From: Pecten maximus
Lineage: Eukaryota
Direction: 5' to 3'
Length of the DNA stretch: 64,000 nucleotides
Assembly (NCBI RefSeq): GCF_902652985.1
Contig: NC_047028.1
Coordinates: 14,074,001-14,138,000 of the forward strand
Shown in pieces: positions 14,031 through 26,330 of this stretch (position 1 is its first letter; each line of letters starts with the position of its first letter). The notes under the pieces were generated by a model. The model saw nothing but the letters and a program-made list of their open reading frames with translations. It searched no databases and was not told the DNA's origin. The position numbers and the translations under genes were made by a program.

Positions 14031-14441
14031 CCTTGGGTAGAAGTTGAACTGATAGAAGAATGCGACATTTATTACAAGTGTCATATTATATGATGTTGCA
14101 AACACTCCTCTTGAAACACGTCTAGTCATTTAGTCTGAGTTAGTCTTCATATGTTACCGTTTGGCGTCTCAAATCCTTGCGTTAAATGATAGTTTTTGCT
14201 ACTGGGAATTGTTGTTATGTTGGTGTCCTCACTACAATGGAAGTGTGCATCATCAGGGCGGTATTCATGTCGTTGTATTCCTAACACAGTAACATAACTC
14301 GTACACGAAAATGTGTAAATATGTAAAAAAAAAAAAAAAAAAAAATAGTTCAAACTACTAGAAACTCAAAACGGCCTTGTTTTGTATGCATCAAGGTCAT
14401 ATGCAGAGCTAGATTCCACTTTACAGGATGTCTGCGACGTT

Positions 14442-17400
14442 TTAGAAGAATGAGTTGCGAGTTGGTTCGTTGATCGGGAGAGGAGTAACAGTTCGTTTGT
14501 AGGATTTTGTTTTCGGACTCGGGGTATTCGAGGAATTGCCGCTAAGTGCCATTTTCTGCATCAGGCAGCAATGGCTTACCAATGCAGCGATAGCCACGCC
14601 CAGACCAAGGGTAGCAATTACAGCGGTTCCGTACTTCAACGCTTTGTCCCATGCTGTGAAAAATAATAGTCTTATTGAAAGTAAGATATATATCAACACG
14701 AATGTATTACTGAAGGCAAATAACTAATAACACGGGATACATATGTAAATTCAGTTCTGCAAACTATCCTACACATAGGAAATAATGTTTATCCGCATAC
14801 ATAAAACACAATATTGTTCTAAGACAAGAAAGAAATCAAACATCTTATAGTCGATGTATGATACTCATGACAAAAGTGTATGATACCTTATCTATTTGTT
14901 TATTGTGGTGTATGATACATGAGTTATCTTTCGATTTATGGCGGACCTTACTTGCACTGAAAAAGGTCTAGATATTCATTTCGATTAATTCGTAATATAA
15001 GGACCAGCTCAACAGCAGTTCTTTTCGAAAAGTGGTCATGATAAATATGTTTTCATACGGCTTTAGACCAATCTACCTGATGTGTAGGAGTTAATCGTAT
15101 ATCCGTGAATATATATGTATATCACGTATGTTTACGTAGCGGATCAATTTGAAAAGATTTATCAAAACCAGTCTAAAAGGATTTTGTTGGAAATGTTCCA
15201 TATTCAACATTATACTATGTAGGCCATTAACTACCCAATGAGGAATAACGAAGAGTGAAACTATAGCATTGAAAGCTTTTTATTTCTTGAGTGTTTACTG
15301 GAAAGATTTTTCTCATGCTTCATACTAGGTCGATTTTCCGTGGTCCCTAGTAGTGTCCATTTAATTTTGCAGTGCCAATGTAGTTTTGATCAAGAAAACA
15401 AAAGTGCCAAAAGGGGGGTCATCTTGGATTTTGACAATTGAAGCTGTTACTCGAGAAGTACTATACCGATATTCGTCAAACTTGATGCAAGTTTGAGTCG
15501 GATATGACCATCATAATGTCCGATAGGTAGTCATTGTCGATTTTAACAAATTGATTTTGTTTTTGATATTTCTCATAAAGTTCCGGTAAGATTTTTTTTT
15601 AGACTTTACATATAGGCTTCCCTGTTATCAACGGAATATAAGGAACAGAAAAAATAAAGGACAAGCATAGTAGGCTAGAGAAAATGTTTTTCATAGAATA
15701 AATAAAGATAATTATATTGTTTGCGCCAAGAGCCCCATGGGATTTCTGAAATGGAGTCGTTGAAGTAATGGTTATGATATAAACACGATATTTCATTCAA
15801 TTCGACGTTTTGATTTTGTTTCACAAAGCTTTGAGCAAGAAACATGAAAAATGCGTTGTATTTGTTAAAAGAAGAAATTTTCACTTACTGGATTCGTCCG
15901 TCGATGCAGATGTCTGAAATAAATAAAAAAAAACATTCATTGTACATAAATGCCGCTTACTGATAAAATGAGTCGCCGTTTTTATGATATTTACAGGTGC
16001 CAGACGACTGGTTATATGAGTCGTCCTAATTACAGATGACAGACGACTAGTAATAAAAATATGAGTCGTCCTAATTACAGCTGTCAGATGACTGATAATA
16101 TGAGTCGCCGTATTTATCATAATAGCAGGTTTCACGTGACTGATATGAGTCACCGTATTAATGATAATCACAGGTGTCACGTGACTGATAATATGAGTCG
16201 CCGTATTTATCATAATAGCAGGTGCCACGTGACTGATGATATGAGTCACTATATTTATGATAATTACAGGTGACTGATAATATGGGTCGCCGTATTTATG
16301 ATAATTACAGGTGTGAGACTGTAACATGCTTGGAATGACGCCCAGATAGCATGTTTGCTATAAAAATATGAAAATAAACGTTATATATAGTTGTTACAGA
16401 CTACAATATAATTGTGTGACTTAATAAGTTTACAGCGAGTTCTATTTGCTTGTTACTCTTGCGAAATATAAATATATTCTCACCGTTGTCTCACATCCCA
16501 GGTCGAACGTGACCTTGTTAAGGAGCTTGCCGTTATATGCCGCAGGAGTCGTGCACGTGATGTCACCATCCAACGTCACACCTGGAAAACGTCATCAGTT
16601 AGGTAGACATGTTACTTGTATTTCTCAAATTAAGATACTGTACACCCGACCCGCACCCAAGCCCCAATTATTTTTTGACGATTTTTAAATTATGTTTAAT
16701 GCTGAAAACGTGCATATTCTGACAAACTGAATTTCATCGAGTTATAAAATTGGTGGACCACAATACATGTAATAAGCAAGAGGCCCATCGGCCTTAATGG
16801 TCACCTGAGTTATGTTATATTTCAGTCAATTTTACACATATTTGCCCCGCCCGTCATCCTAGGGTCAGTTAGGGCATGTATGTGCATACCATCAAGCTGC
16901 CATTCCATACAGATATTTTCAAGCGACAATTCAACAAAATTTAATGATGCTCAAAAATGTGATTTTCTACATAAACTATAGTAAATTTTACCCCTTCCAA
17001 AGGGGAAAACATACGTGAGACCCCAAGGTCATAAAATTATTCGTATATCTCTGAAGAGTTATTAGTTCTAGCTTATTTGGGTCTTATGGAATTTCAGTCA
17101 GTTTGATCCCATTTTGCCCCAGCTCTTAAGTCCCTTGGGGTTGGGGATCATGCAATACACAGTTTTGGTTGATCTTCAACCATGAGAAAGTTTCTGCAAA
17201 ATTCCATTGAAACTGGTTCGAGGTTTTCTGAGAAGTCGAAAATGTAAATTGCTTACGGCTGCACGGTGCATGACGACTGACAAAAGGCGATTAGAATAGG
17301 TCATTTGAGACTTAAGTTCTGAAATAAGATCACCGCGAAAATATGAACGTTTACAGTACTCAGGATCTCGTTTTGATGACAAAACGTTAGAAATGGCTTG

Positions 17401-18615
17401 ACTTGTAATAAAGACATTGATACGTTTGTTTTTGTTTCGATAAGGAAAATGTCCCTTAATACTTTCCGATAAAGGAATTGAAAGCCCCTGCATTATTTAA
17501 AATTGAAACCGAAGCCAAACATATTTAATTATCAATGTAATAAAACGAAGCCTATTACAAAATGTCCAAAAGGAAAATACTATTATTAAAATATATATAT
17601 GCATTCAGTATATATATACTGCAGGCACACGATTATGTACACTTATTGTTATAAGTCTTTCCAGTTCTGTTTTTATTTTAATATCAGATTACCCAAGACA
17701 CTAAATATATATTTTCCACTTCCAGAGAAGAAAACCATTGCCATATCCATTTGATAACGAACTGGTAAAAATGTCGACACTGTCTTTGTTGAAAATTTCT
17801 AAGAATTTATGAATACCGACTTTGTTTAATTAATGCTTACCAGTATATCTAACCCATTGCACAAGGAATGAAATATCGCACGTGCACTCCCACTGGTTGC
17901 CAGTGATTGACAGGGTACCGAGAGATATCAGGGAGTCCAGGGCGTTGGTGGCGAGAGTCGTCAGTTGATTATTGGCGATATTCAAAGCGGTGACTGCTGT
18001 CTTCCCATCGAAAGCGCCACTTGGAATAGACGTTAACCCCAAATTATCAAGTGTGATTTTCGTCATAGCGGATCCAGCATTCTCGAGGAATCCACTCGGA
18101 ATTGTTTGGGCTGTAATACTTGTACCAGACATGGCGATGGAATTCATTGATAAACCACTGAACGTTGTGGATGCAAAAGAGGCTATTGACCCACCGGAAG
18201 TTAGAAAGTCGACAAGTCCCGATAAACCGGATAAGTCTGAGGACGATAGTCCGGCGGAAATGATACAGTCCGTGATGCTGAGCTCGGCAATCCATGTCAT
18301 TGTACCGGCAAATGCGTTCGTTGCAATCACCAAAGACTTACTTCCGGTACATGTCATAGCGATACTTCTCTGACCGGAAGGATCAGCGCAGTCGGAGAGT
18401 CCAGAGAACGCGTTTGCCGGAAGTGTTCCATCAACATTGTTGAGTGTAATGTAACATGGTGAGGTGCTGAAATCCCCGGATAGGAGAGGCGGCGCCCAGG
18501 CGGAGAAATCACATGTTGCATACGACGCGGTTTCTGTACACCCGGTTGGTGTCGCACTAACAATCGGAAACACCAGCAGCAGTAGGCAAATCCCTCTTAA
18601 ATCCAGTCTGAACAT
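14442..18615 (-). CDS. Type I transmembrane leucine-rich repeat protein (signal peptide, LRRNT, LRRs, LRRCT, TM, short tail), 369 aa
   Basis: Exons 18615-17841, 16581-16484, 15913-15889 and 14653-14442 join in phase (1110 nt). Signal peptide ICLLLLVFPIVSA; LRRs LDNLGLTSIPSGAFDG and LNIANNQLTTLATNALDSL; LRRCT NQWECTCDISFLVQW...ITCTTPAAYNGK...GC; TM AVIATLGLGVAIAALVSHCCLM. Confidence 0.92.
15955..16320. repeat. Irregular minisatellite (~35-50 bp units) in LRR gene intron 2
   Basis: Recurring GACTGATAATATGAGTCGCCGTATTTAT...CAGGT units. Confidence 0.85.
16776..17322 (+). mobile_element. Decayed single-unit copy of the HINE family found at 25031-26330, in LRR gene intron 1
   Basis: Same 5' end (CAAGAGGCCCAT.GGCCTTAA.GGTCACCTGA), core (TAAACTATAGTAAA.TTTACCC) and 3' end (GACAAAAGGCGAT.AGAATAGGTCA.TTGAGAC). 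Confidence 0.85.
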
Positions 18616-20939
18616 TGCTGGATCTCGCGTTGTTTTCTGGTTAAAAACTTTGTGTTCGGTAGACTATCAGTATTAATTATGATTTTCCTTTCGTAAGCAG
18701 GTCACGATTGAATCTTTTTCAAATCTATCACATTCTGTTGATATAGTAATATAAATTATCCTGTTCCGTAACCGACGTCCGATATATATCAACATGCGAG
18801 CGGATATACTCATACTAAACACTCCAAGGAATGGTCAGAAAATATGTACATACAGTACAATGAACAGGTTATTGAGTGTCAGATGTACATGTCGATATTT
18901 AAATGGAACAGAACTGTTAATGACAATACAAATATATACCAATGTATTATGACTTTTTAAAAGTCGCACTTACCAACGAGTATAGACACACGCGTGGTGT
19001 TGTGTTTTCGGATCAGAGACCATTGTGATTTTCACTTTCACATGTCAACGTCACTGCTTTACAATTGACAGACGTGGAAATTGACCAGTGTCTCAAACAC
19101 TCCAGCGATCATGTTTATTTAGAAACCTAATGTATGATTGATCACATGAAATGGTGAAATATTTCGAAACAGTGTAAATTTGAGCAACATAATTATCTAC
19201 GTCAGATGTAAAATATTTAAAGCCACTTAAACCTCTGTTAACAAGGTTTTTTGGTCTGGATAAACAGAAAATGAAGTGAGATTGAACTAAATGACCTACT
19301 CGATATAAGATAATGAAATCGGAAACTAATGGCCTAGATCTGGGATATAACATCACTATTTGATAATATACAACGTCCTATAACCATCTGTCCTCCTCAG
19401 TATCCCTAAGAACTTACAACACAGGACAATCAGATTTACATCAAACAATACTAACACGAACAAATGTACCGTGAATCTTTCTTACCCTCCTCTTTTCGAC
19501 TCTGGAATGAATTACCTTTAAATAAGAGAACATTCCTCTAGCATGGTACTCAAAACATCATGATGATGATCACTCATCTAAATATAACGAAAATGATTTT
19601 TTTTTTTCTGTGCAGAATTTCATCTGTAACAGTGCAAGATTTTAATGAATGTTTAATATCTTAATTAGTTTTCTTGACACCACTGGGGTTACATCATGTT
19701 TTTGTGCTCAATTATTTATCTTATTCCGTCAATGTTTTATTCTCAAGTTTACAAATTGTAGATAATTGAAAACGTCAATGTCCTATACATTAACTTCTAT
19801 TCATCTATAGCATTTCGTTAATCAGGTAAAAAATACATTCTGTCTACTAGTTTCCCATTATTGATTGGGTGTAAATGTCCATGAAATAATGCCGTATTCG
19901 TATTTTAGGAAAGGAATTTATATATGTATGTTTATAGCTTGCATGTTTACATATCCTTCTTTAGATACAATTGTATCGTGATGTAGTATGTAGTCTTTTT
20001 TAATAAAATATAGTTTAAATTTAACCATAACTAGAGCTCAGTACTTGTGTTAACATCTACATCAACATAATGTACCATGTATGTATGTATTCTTCCCCTG
20101 ATAAGTGTCTTGTTCGTCCTATACGATACTGTTATACAAAATATACCCATATACATGTTATATAAATAAACTATTTTAGGCCAACAATTTCTTTACCACC
20201 ATATCACATGAATTTGACCTATTCCTTAAAAACTTGGAATATGACCGATATATTCTTATTGCAATATCGGCCACCAGTGTTGCGTGTCAATTTATTTCAA
20301 CGTCACCAGTGTTGCGTGTCAATTTATTGCAACGTCCTAATTTGTTACAACCTGTTATAATTATTTTCGCGACAAATTGCGACGTATTTGCCGGGATGTA
20401 GAATGCCAGTTTGTTACAAATATAGTTGTAAATCAGCGTAGACCATTACAATGTAAACTGTTTACTTCTCTGAGTTGAGTGATCCCTGTACTTGAACACG
20501 TTGGCCCATGCCGCCCAGTAAACAATTGGTCAAGCAGTTTGATGAATTATATGTTTCATTTTACCATTGTGAAATTTGTAAAAGCTTTAACAATTGCTGT
20601 CTCAGATAGCGACAAATCCCAACCGATCGGCACGTTTGATTGATATTTGTTGTCGAGTGAACGACCTCCTGAGGAGTAATTAACGATCACCTTATATGTA
20701 CATTTATTTTGTATATTCTTATTAATGTAGGGTCCTGTATGGAGTAAGGCTCGATAGTAATCCTTTCCACGATCGTAGGTCTTGTTTGAAATCCTTTCTT
20801 CATTTTATACTACAAGCTCAATCCTGTTTATTAGTTGTTTAAAAATGTTGTTGTAGAACAGGAGTGAATAGGTATGTGTAAGTCTATTTCTTGTTTTTTC
20901 CTGTGTTTCTGCCTACATATAAAATTAAAGATACAATCA

Positions 20940-21655
20940 AAACCTATCCCAGAAATGACACAGTTCAATTTACACAAGAGGAAAACACTAGAATTTGAGA
21001 AAGATCCATAAAGAACCCTTTTGAAAAATTGCGAAAACAAAAATCAACGGTCAAAATTTTAAACGGCTGCCTGTCGGCCACCTTTTTTCTGATTTGTTTC
21101 AAAGTTGACCATGTACAAAAAGGTACAAAAATAATTGTACATACAAAATTTGAGAAAGTTCCAATTTTTTTTTAAAAGAAACATGTATAACTGGAGACTA
21201 AGATTGATCAACATATGATATCGGAGAAAGATCCATGAAGAACGTTCTGAAAAATAGTGATAACGTTCTTCAACTGTATAAATTCAAAATGGAAGACTGT
21301 CGGCCATCTTGTTTTCCAATCATTCTCAAAATAAAACACGCAAAACTAGAGATCAATGGAAACCTATATATAGAATTTGAAAAAGATCCATGGATCACTT
21401 TCTGAGAAGAAGCAATAATAAACTTCAAATTTCAAAATTAAAAATGGCTGTCCGTCTGCAATCAAGTTTTCTGATAAGTCTCAAAACTCATCATGTACAT
21501 TGTATAACTACATATTGATGGATACCTACCCATGAAATTTGAGATAGACTCATGGAGAACTTTCTAGCGATGACAAGGATTGTTCAGGGACGCACCTCGG
21601 ACTATGGAGGATTTTAAGGGCTATTTGAACAGCGCAACGTCAGATGGTGGGAAAC
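20940..21655 (+). mobile_element. Old, diverged copy of the 155-bp-core HINE family
   Basis: About 4 decayed units (AATTTGAGAAAGATCC, ATGGCTG.CTGTCGGCCA), ending in a degraded GATGGTGGG terminus. Confidence 0.75.
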
Positions 21656-22171
21656 AAACAAAAATAAAACAAAGTAAAGTATGGGACATGCAATGATTGG
21701 TCTGTTATACATGTTTATAAATTGCACCTATTGATATTCCAAAGCATTGTCGAGCAACGAAATGAATGCATTGACATTAGAGATTTAATACCGTGCGTTA
21801 AAGGGACACGGGCGTGGTAAGCCATACATTTTCATATCTGCTTTCGTCATGTTGATTGGCAGCTTAGATAATTATTTGACTTGGACATGTATAGTGTACT
21901 ATATTGGTGTATTGTGTGACTGTCTACGTAACATACGCAAACATGGCAGCCAGGTGAGAGTATGTAGCCTGTTATTTGTGTAAATATCCTATGGTGGGTA
22001 TACACAATGTCAATAGGTAGTAGTTCGGTCTCGACAACTACGTCTTTGTAAACTTTGTAGTTCTCTAGAAATGAAGTTCATTTTACTTATGGTGGCTGAT
22101 TTCGCATTGGCGCCCCGCCATGTGAAGAGCAACAGTGTGCCGTGCAACAAGCTTAGACAACAATGCGACAT

Positions 22172-24760
22172 AAAAAAGAAGCGATCCCAGAGGGATCTTG
22201 GCGCCCACCATTGAATGATCTTTATAGGTTCCATGTCATATTGATCTTTTCTCTACTTTTCCCTTCCTCTAAGTCATACTAATCTTTGTAAATTCAGAAA
22301 CAGCCCTCTAGTACATTTCAAACAAGAGGAACCTATATATAAAATTTAAGATTTAGCGATAATGGCTGTCTGTTCTTTTCGGATTGGTCCCAAAATGCAA
22401 CACCAGGGACCAAGGGGAACCTACATATGAAATTTGAGAAAGATCCCTTCAGTACCTTCTGTAAAATAGCGATAACAAACTTCAATTGTCAAAATACAAG
22501 ATGGCTGCCTGTCGGGCAGGTTGTTTTCTGACTGGTCTCAAAATCCAATATGCATAACTAGGCACAGAGGGCAACCTACAAATGAAATTTCAGAAAGATC
22601 CCTTTAGCAATTTCTGATAAATAGCGATAACAAACTTCAATTGTCAAAATCCAAGATGGCTGCCTGTCGGCCATGTTGTTTTCATATTGGTCCCAAGAAT
22701 TAGATGCAATATGCAGAACTACAGACCAAGGGGAACTTGCAAAAATGTTTGAGAAAGATCCCTTCAGTACTTTCTGAAAAATAGCGATAACAAGTTTCAA
22801 TTGTCAAAATCTAAGATGGCTGCCTGTCAGCCATGTTGTTTTCCGATAGGTCTCAAAATGCAATATGCATAACTAGGCACCAAGGGGAACCTATATATGA
22901 AATTTGAGAAAGATCCCTTCAGTACTTTCTCAGAAATAGCGATAACAAACTTCAATGATCAAAATCCAAGATGGCTGCCTGTCGGCCATGTTGTTTTCCG
23001 ATTGGTCTCAAAATGCAATATGCATAACTAGGCACCAAGGGAACCTACATATGAAATTTGAGAAAGATCCCTTCAGTACTTTCTCAGAAATAGCGATAAC
23101 AAACTTCAATGATCAAAATCCAAGATGACTGCCTGTCGGCCATGTTGTTTTCCGATTGGTCTCAAAATGCAATATGCATAACTAGGCACCAAGGGGAACC
23201 TTCACATAAAATTTGAGAAAGATCCCTTCAGTACTTTCTCAGAAATAGCGATAACAAACTTCAATTGTCAAAATCCAAGATGGCTGCCTGTCAGCCATGT
23301 TGTTTTCCGATAGGTCTCAAAATGCAATATGCATAACTAGGCACCAAGGGGAACCTATATATGAAATTTGAGAAAGATCCCTTCAGTACTTTCCCAGAAA
23401 TAGCGATAACAAACTTCAATGATCAAAATCCAAGATGGCTGCCTGTCGGCCATGTTGTTTTCCGATTGGTCTCAAAATGCAATATGCATAACTAGGCACC
23501 AAGGGGAACCTATATATGAAATTTGAGAAAGATCCCTTCAGTACTTTCTCAGAAATAGCGATAACAAACTTCAATGATCAAAATCTAAGTTGGCTGCCTG
23601 TCGGCCATGTTGTTTTCCGATTGGTCTCAAAATGCAATATGCATAACTAGGCACCAAGGGGAACCTATCATATGAAATTTGAGAAAGATCCCTTCAGTAC
23701 TTTCTCAGAAATAGCGATAACAACTTCAATGATCAAAATCCAAGATGACTGCCTGTCGGCCATGTTGTTTTCCGATTGGTCTCAAAATGCAATATGCATA
23801 ACTAGGCACCAAGGGGAACCTACATATGAAATTTGAGAAAGATCCCTTCAGTACTTTCTCAGAAATAGCGATAACAAACTTCAATGATCAAAATCCAAGA
23901 TGGCTGCCTGTCGGCCATGTTGTTTTCCGATTGGTCTCAAAATGAAATATGCATAACTAGGCACCAAGGGGAACCTACATATGAAATTTGAGAAAGATCC
24001 CTTTAGTACTTTCTCAGAAATAGCGATAACAAACTTCAATGATCAAAATCTAAGTTGGCTGCCTGTCGGCCATGTTGTTTTCCGATTGGTCTCAAAATGC
24101 AATATGCATAACTAGGCACCAAGGGGAACCTTCACATGAAATTTGAGAAAGATCCCTTCAGTACTTTCTCAGAAATAGCGATAACAAACTTCAATTGTCA
24201 AAATCCAAGATGGCTGCCTGTCAGCCATGTTGTTTTCCGATAGGTCTCAAAATGCAATATGCATAACTAGGCACCAAGGGGAACCTATATATGAAATTTG
24301 AGAAAGATCCCTTCAGTACTTTCCCAGAAATAGCGATAACAAACTTCAATGATCAAAATCCAAGATGGCTGCCTGTCGGCCATGTTGTTTTCCGATTGGT
24401 CTCAAAATGCAATATGCATAACTAGGCACCAAGGGGAACCTACATATGAAATTTGAGAAAGATCCCTTCAGTACTTTCTCAGAAATAGCGATAACAAACT
24501 TCAATTGTCAAAATCCAAGATGGCTGCCTGTCGGCCATGTTGTTTTCCGATTGGTCTCAAAATGCAATATGCATAACTAGGCACCAAGTGGAACCCATAT
24601 ATGAAATTTGAAAAAGATCCCTTTAGTACTTTCTGAGGATTAGCGATAACAAGAATTGTTTACGGGCAGACGGAGGGACGGACGGAGGGACGGTTGGACC
24701 AGGGACCAACGACGCAGGGCGATTTGAATAGCCCACCATCTGATGATGGTGGGCTAAAAA
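22172..24760 (+). mobile_element. Helentron-associated non-autonomous element (HINE/pearl/DINE-1-like) carrying a 155-bp satellite array of ~15 units
   Basis: 5' GCCCACCAT subterminal motif; 155-bp period (GATCCC at 23066, 23221, 23376); GACGG microsatellite near 24670; 3' hairpin TAGCCCACCATC-TGAT-GATGGTGGGCTA; A-rich flanks with no TSD. Confidence 0.88.
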
Positions 24761-25030
24761 TGCATACCTGTCGTATTTGCAAGGTATTTTTGTCACGTTG
24801 GTGGGGTACTTTTGTCGTATGGCGCAGTCGTTCTTCGCGTGCGAAGACATTGCCTAATGCGAAGAGCGACAGTGCATCATAAAAAGAGCGACATGAAGCG
24901 AAGAGCAACTGTGCCAAGGGTTAGACAAACCAGAATATCACCCCGTGGGTTGGAGATTTCTTTCACATCCTCAGGGCTGGGGATAACTATTTCAAAGGCT
25001 GTGGACATTATTTTTGAACAAAAAAAATTA

Positions 25031-26330
25031 AAACAAGAGGCCCATGGCCCTTAACGGTCACCTGATTTTTGAAATATTTCAGTAAATTTGATCGACACTT
25101 TTTGGCCTGACCCATCAGTCTAAGGGATCAGTCAGGGCCAACATTTGCATACCATTAAACAGTCATCCCATGCTGATAATGTTAACAAAGTTAGAATGAA
25201 TTCCAATAAAAATTAAACAAATAATAGCTATAGTCAAAAATTTACCTTTATAAACTATAGTAAAGTTTACCCACTCCCCAGGGTCAAACGTGAGACCCCA
25301 GGGGCATGAAATTCACAAATTTTGTAAAAAGCACATTAAGAACCTTCCATCTATAAAGAGTATTTGATTCTACCATATCTGAGAGTAGAAAAAAAGATTT
25401 TTGAAATTTCAGTCAATTTGACCCTTTTTGGCCCCGCCCACCAGCCCTGGGGGTCAACCAGGGCCAACATGTACATACCATCAAACTGTCATCCCAAGCT
25501 GATAATTTGAAACAAGTTAGAATGAATTCCAATTGAAATCCAACAAATGATAGACAAAAATGTGATTTCCCTATATAAACTATAGTAAAGTTTACCTCCT
25601 CCCCAGGGGCAAACGTGACACCCCAGGGTCATGAAATTCACAATTTTGGTGAATCACCTCAAGACCCTTCCATCTATGAAGAGTATTTGATTCTACCATA
25701 TCTGAGAGTAGAGAAGAAGATTTTTGAAATTTCAGACAATTTGACCCTTTTTGGCCCCGCCCACCAGCCCCTGGGGGTCAACCAGGGCCAACATGTACAT
25801 ACCATCAAACTGTCATCCCAAGCTGATAATTTGAACCAAGTTAGAATGAATTCCAATTGAAATCCAACAAATAATAGTCAAAAATGTGATTTCCCTATAT
25901 AAACTATAGTAAAGTTTACCCACTCCCCAGGGGCAAAGATGAGACCCCAGGGTCATGAAATTCACAATTTTGGTAAAGCACCTTAAGACCCTTTCATCTA
26001 TGAAGAGTGTCTGATTCTACCTTACCTGAGAGTAGAGAAGAAGATTTTTGAAGTTTAAGTCAATTTTACCCTTTTTGGCCCCGCCCCTCAGGCCCCTGAG
26101 GGATGGGGACCATATAATTCACAATTTTGCTTGACCTTTAGCCATAGAAGCTCCCTGCCAAATTTCATTGAATTTGGTTCAGTGGTTTTGGAGAAGAAGT
26201 TGAAAACGTAAATTGTTTACGGACGGACGACGGACGACGGACGACTCACACCGCACGACGGACGACGGACGACGACGGACAAAAGGCGATAAGAATAGGT
26301 CACTTGAGACTTTGTCTTAGGCGACCTAAA
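25031..26330 (+). mobile_element. Second HINE family element with ~324-bp tandem core (~3.3 units)
   Basis: 5' AAACAAGAGGCCCATGG...GGTCACCTGA; TAAACTATAG at 25251, 25576 and 25900; (GACG/GACGA)n microsatellite at 26220-26280; imperfect 3' hairpin TAGGTCACTTGAGAC-TTT-GTCTTAGGCGACCTA; inserted in an A-run. Confidence 0.88.

Noticed and set aside
15881-16327. 148-aa His/Ile/Thr-rich ORF
   Set aside because: Intronic minisatellite translation. Only its last codons coincide with the true 25-nt LRR gene microexon.
17972-18676. Overlapping antisense and alternative-frame ORFs over the LRR exon
   Set aside because: Shadow ORFs of a GC-richer coding exon with no independent motifs.
22440-24650. Regularly spaced repeats resembling a CRISPR array
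   Set aside because: Units are contiguous near-identical tandem copies with no unique spacers, there are no cas genes, and the context is eukaryotic.
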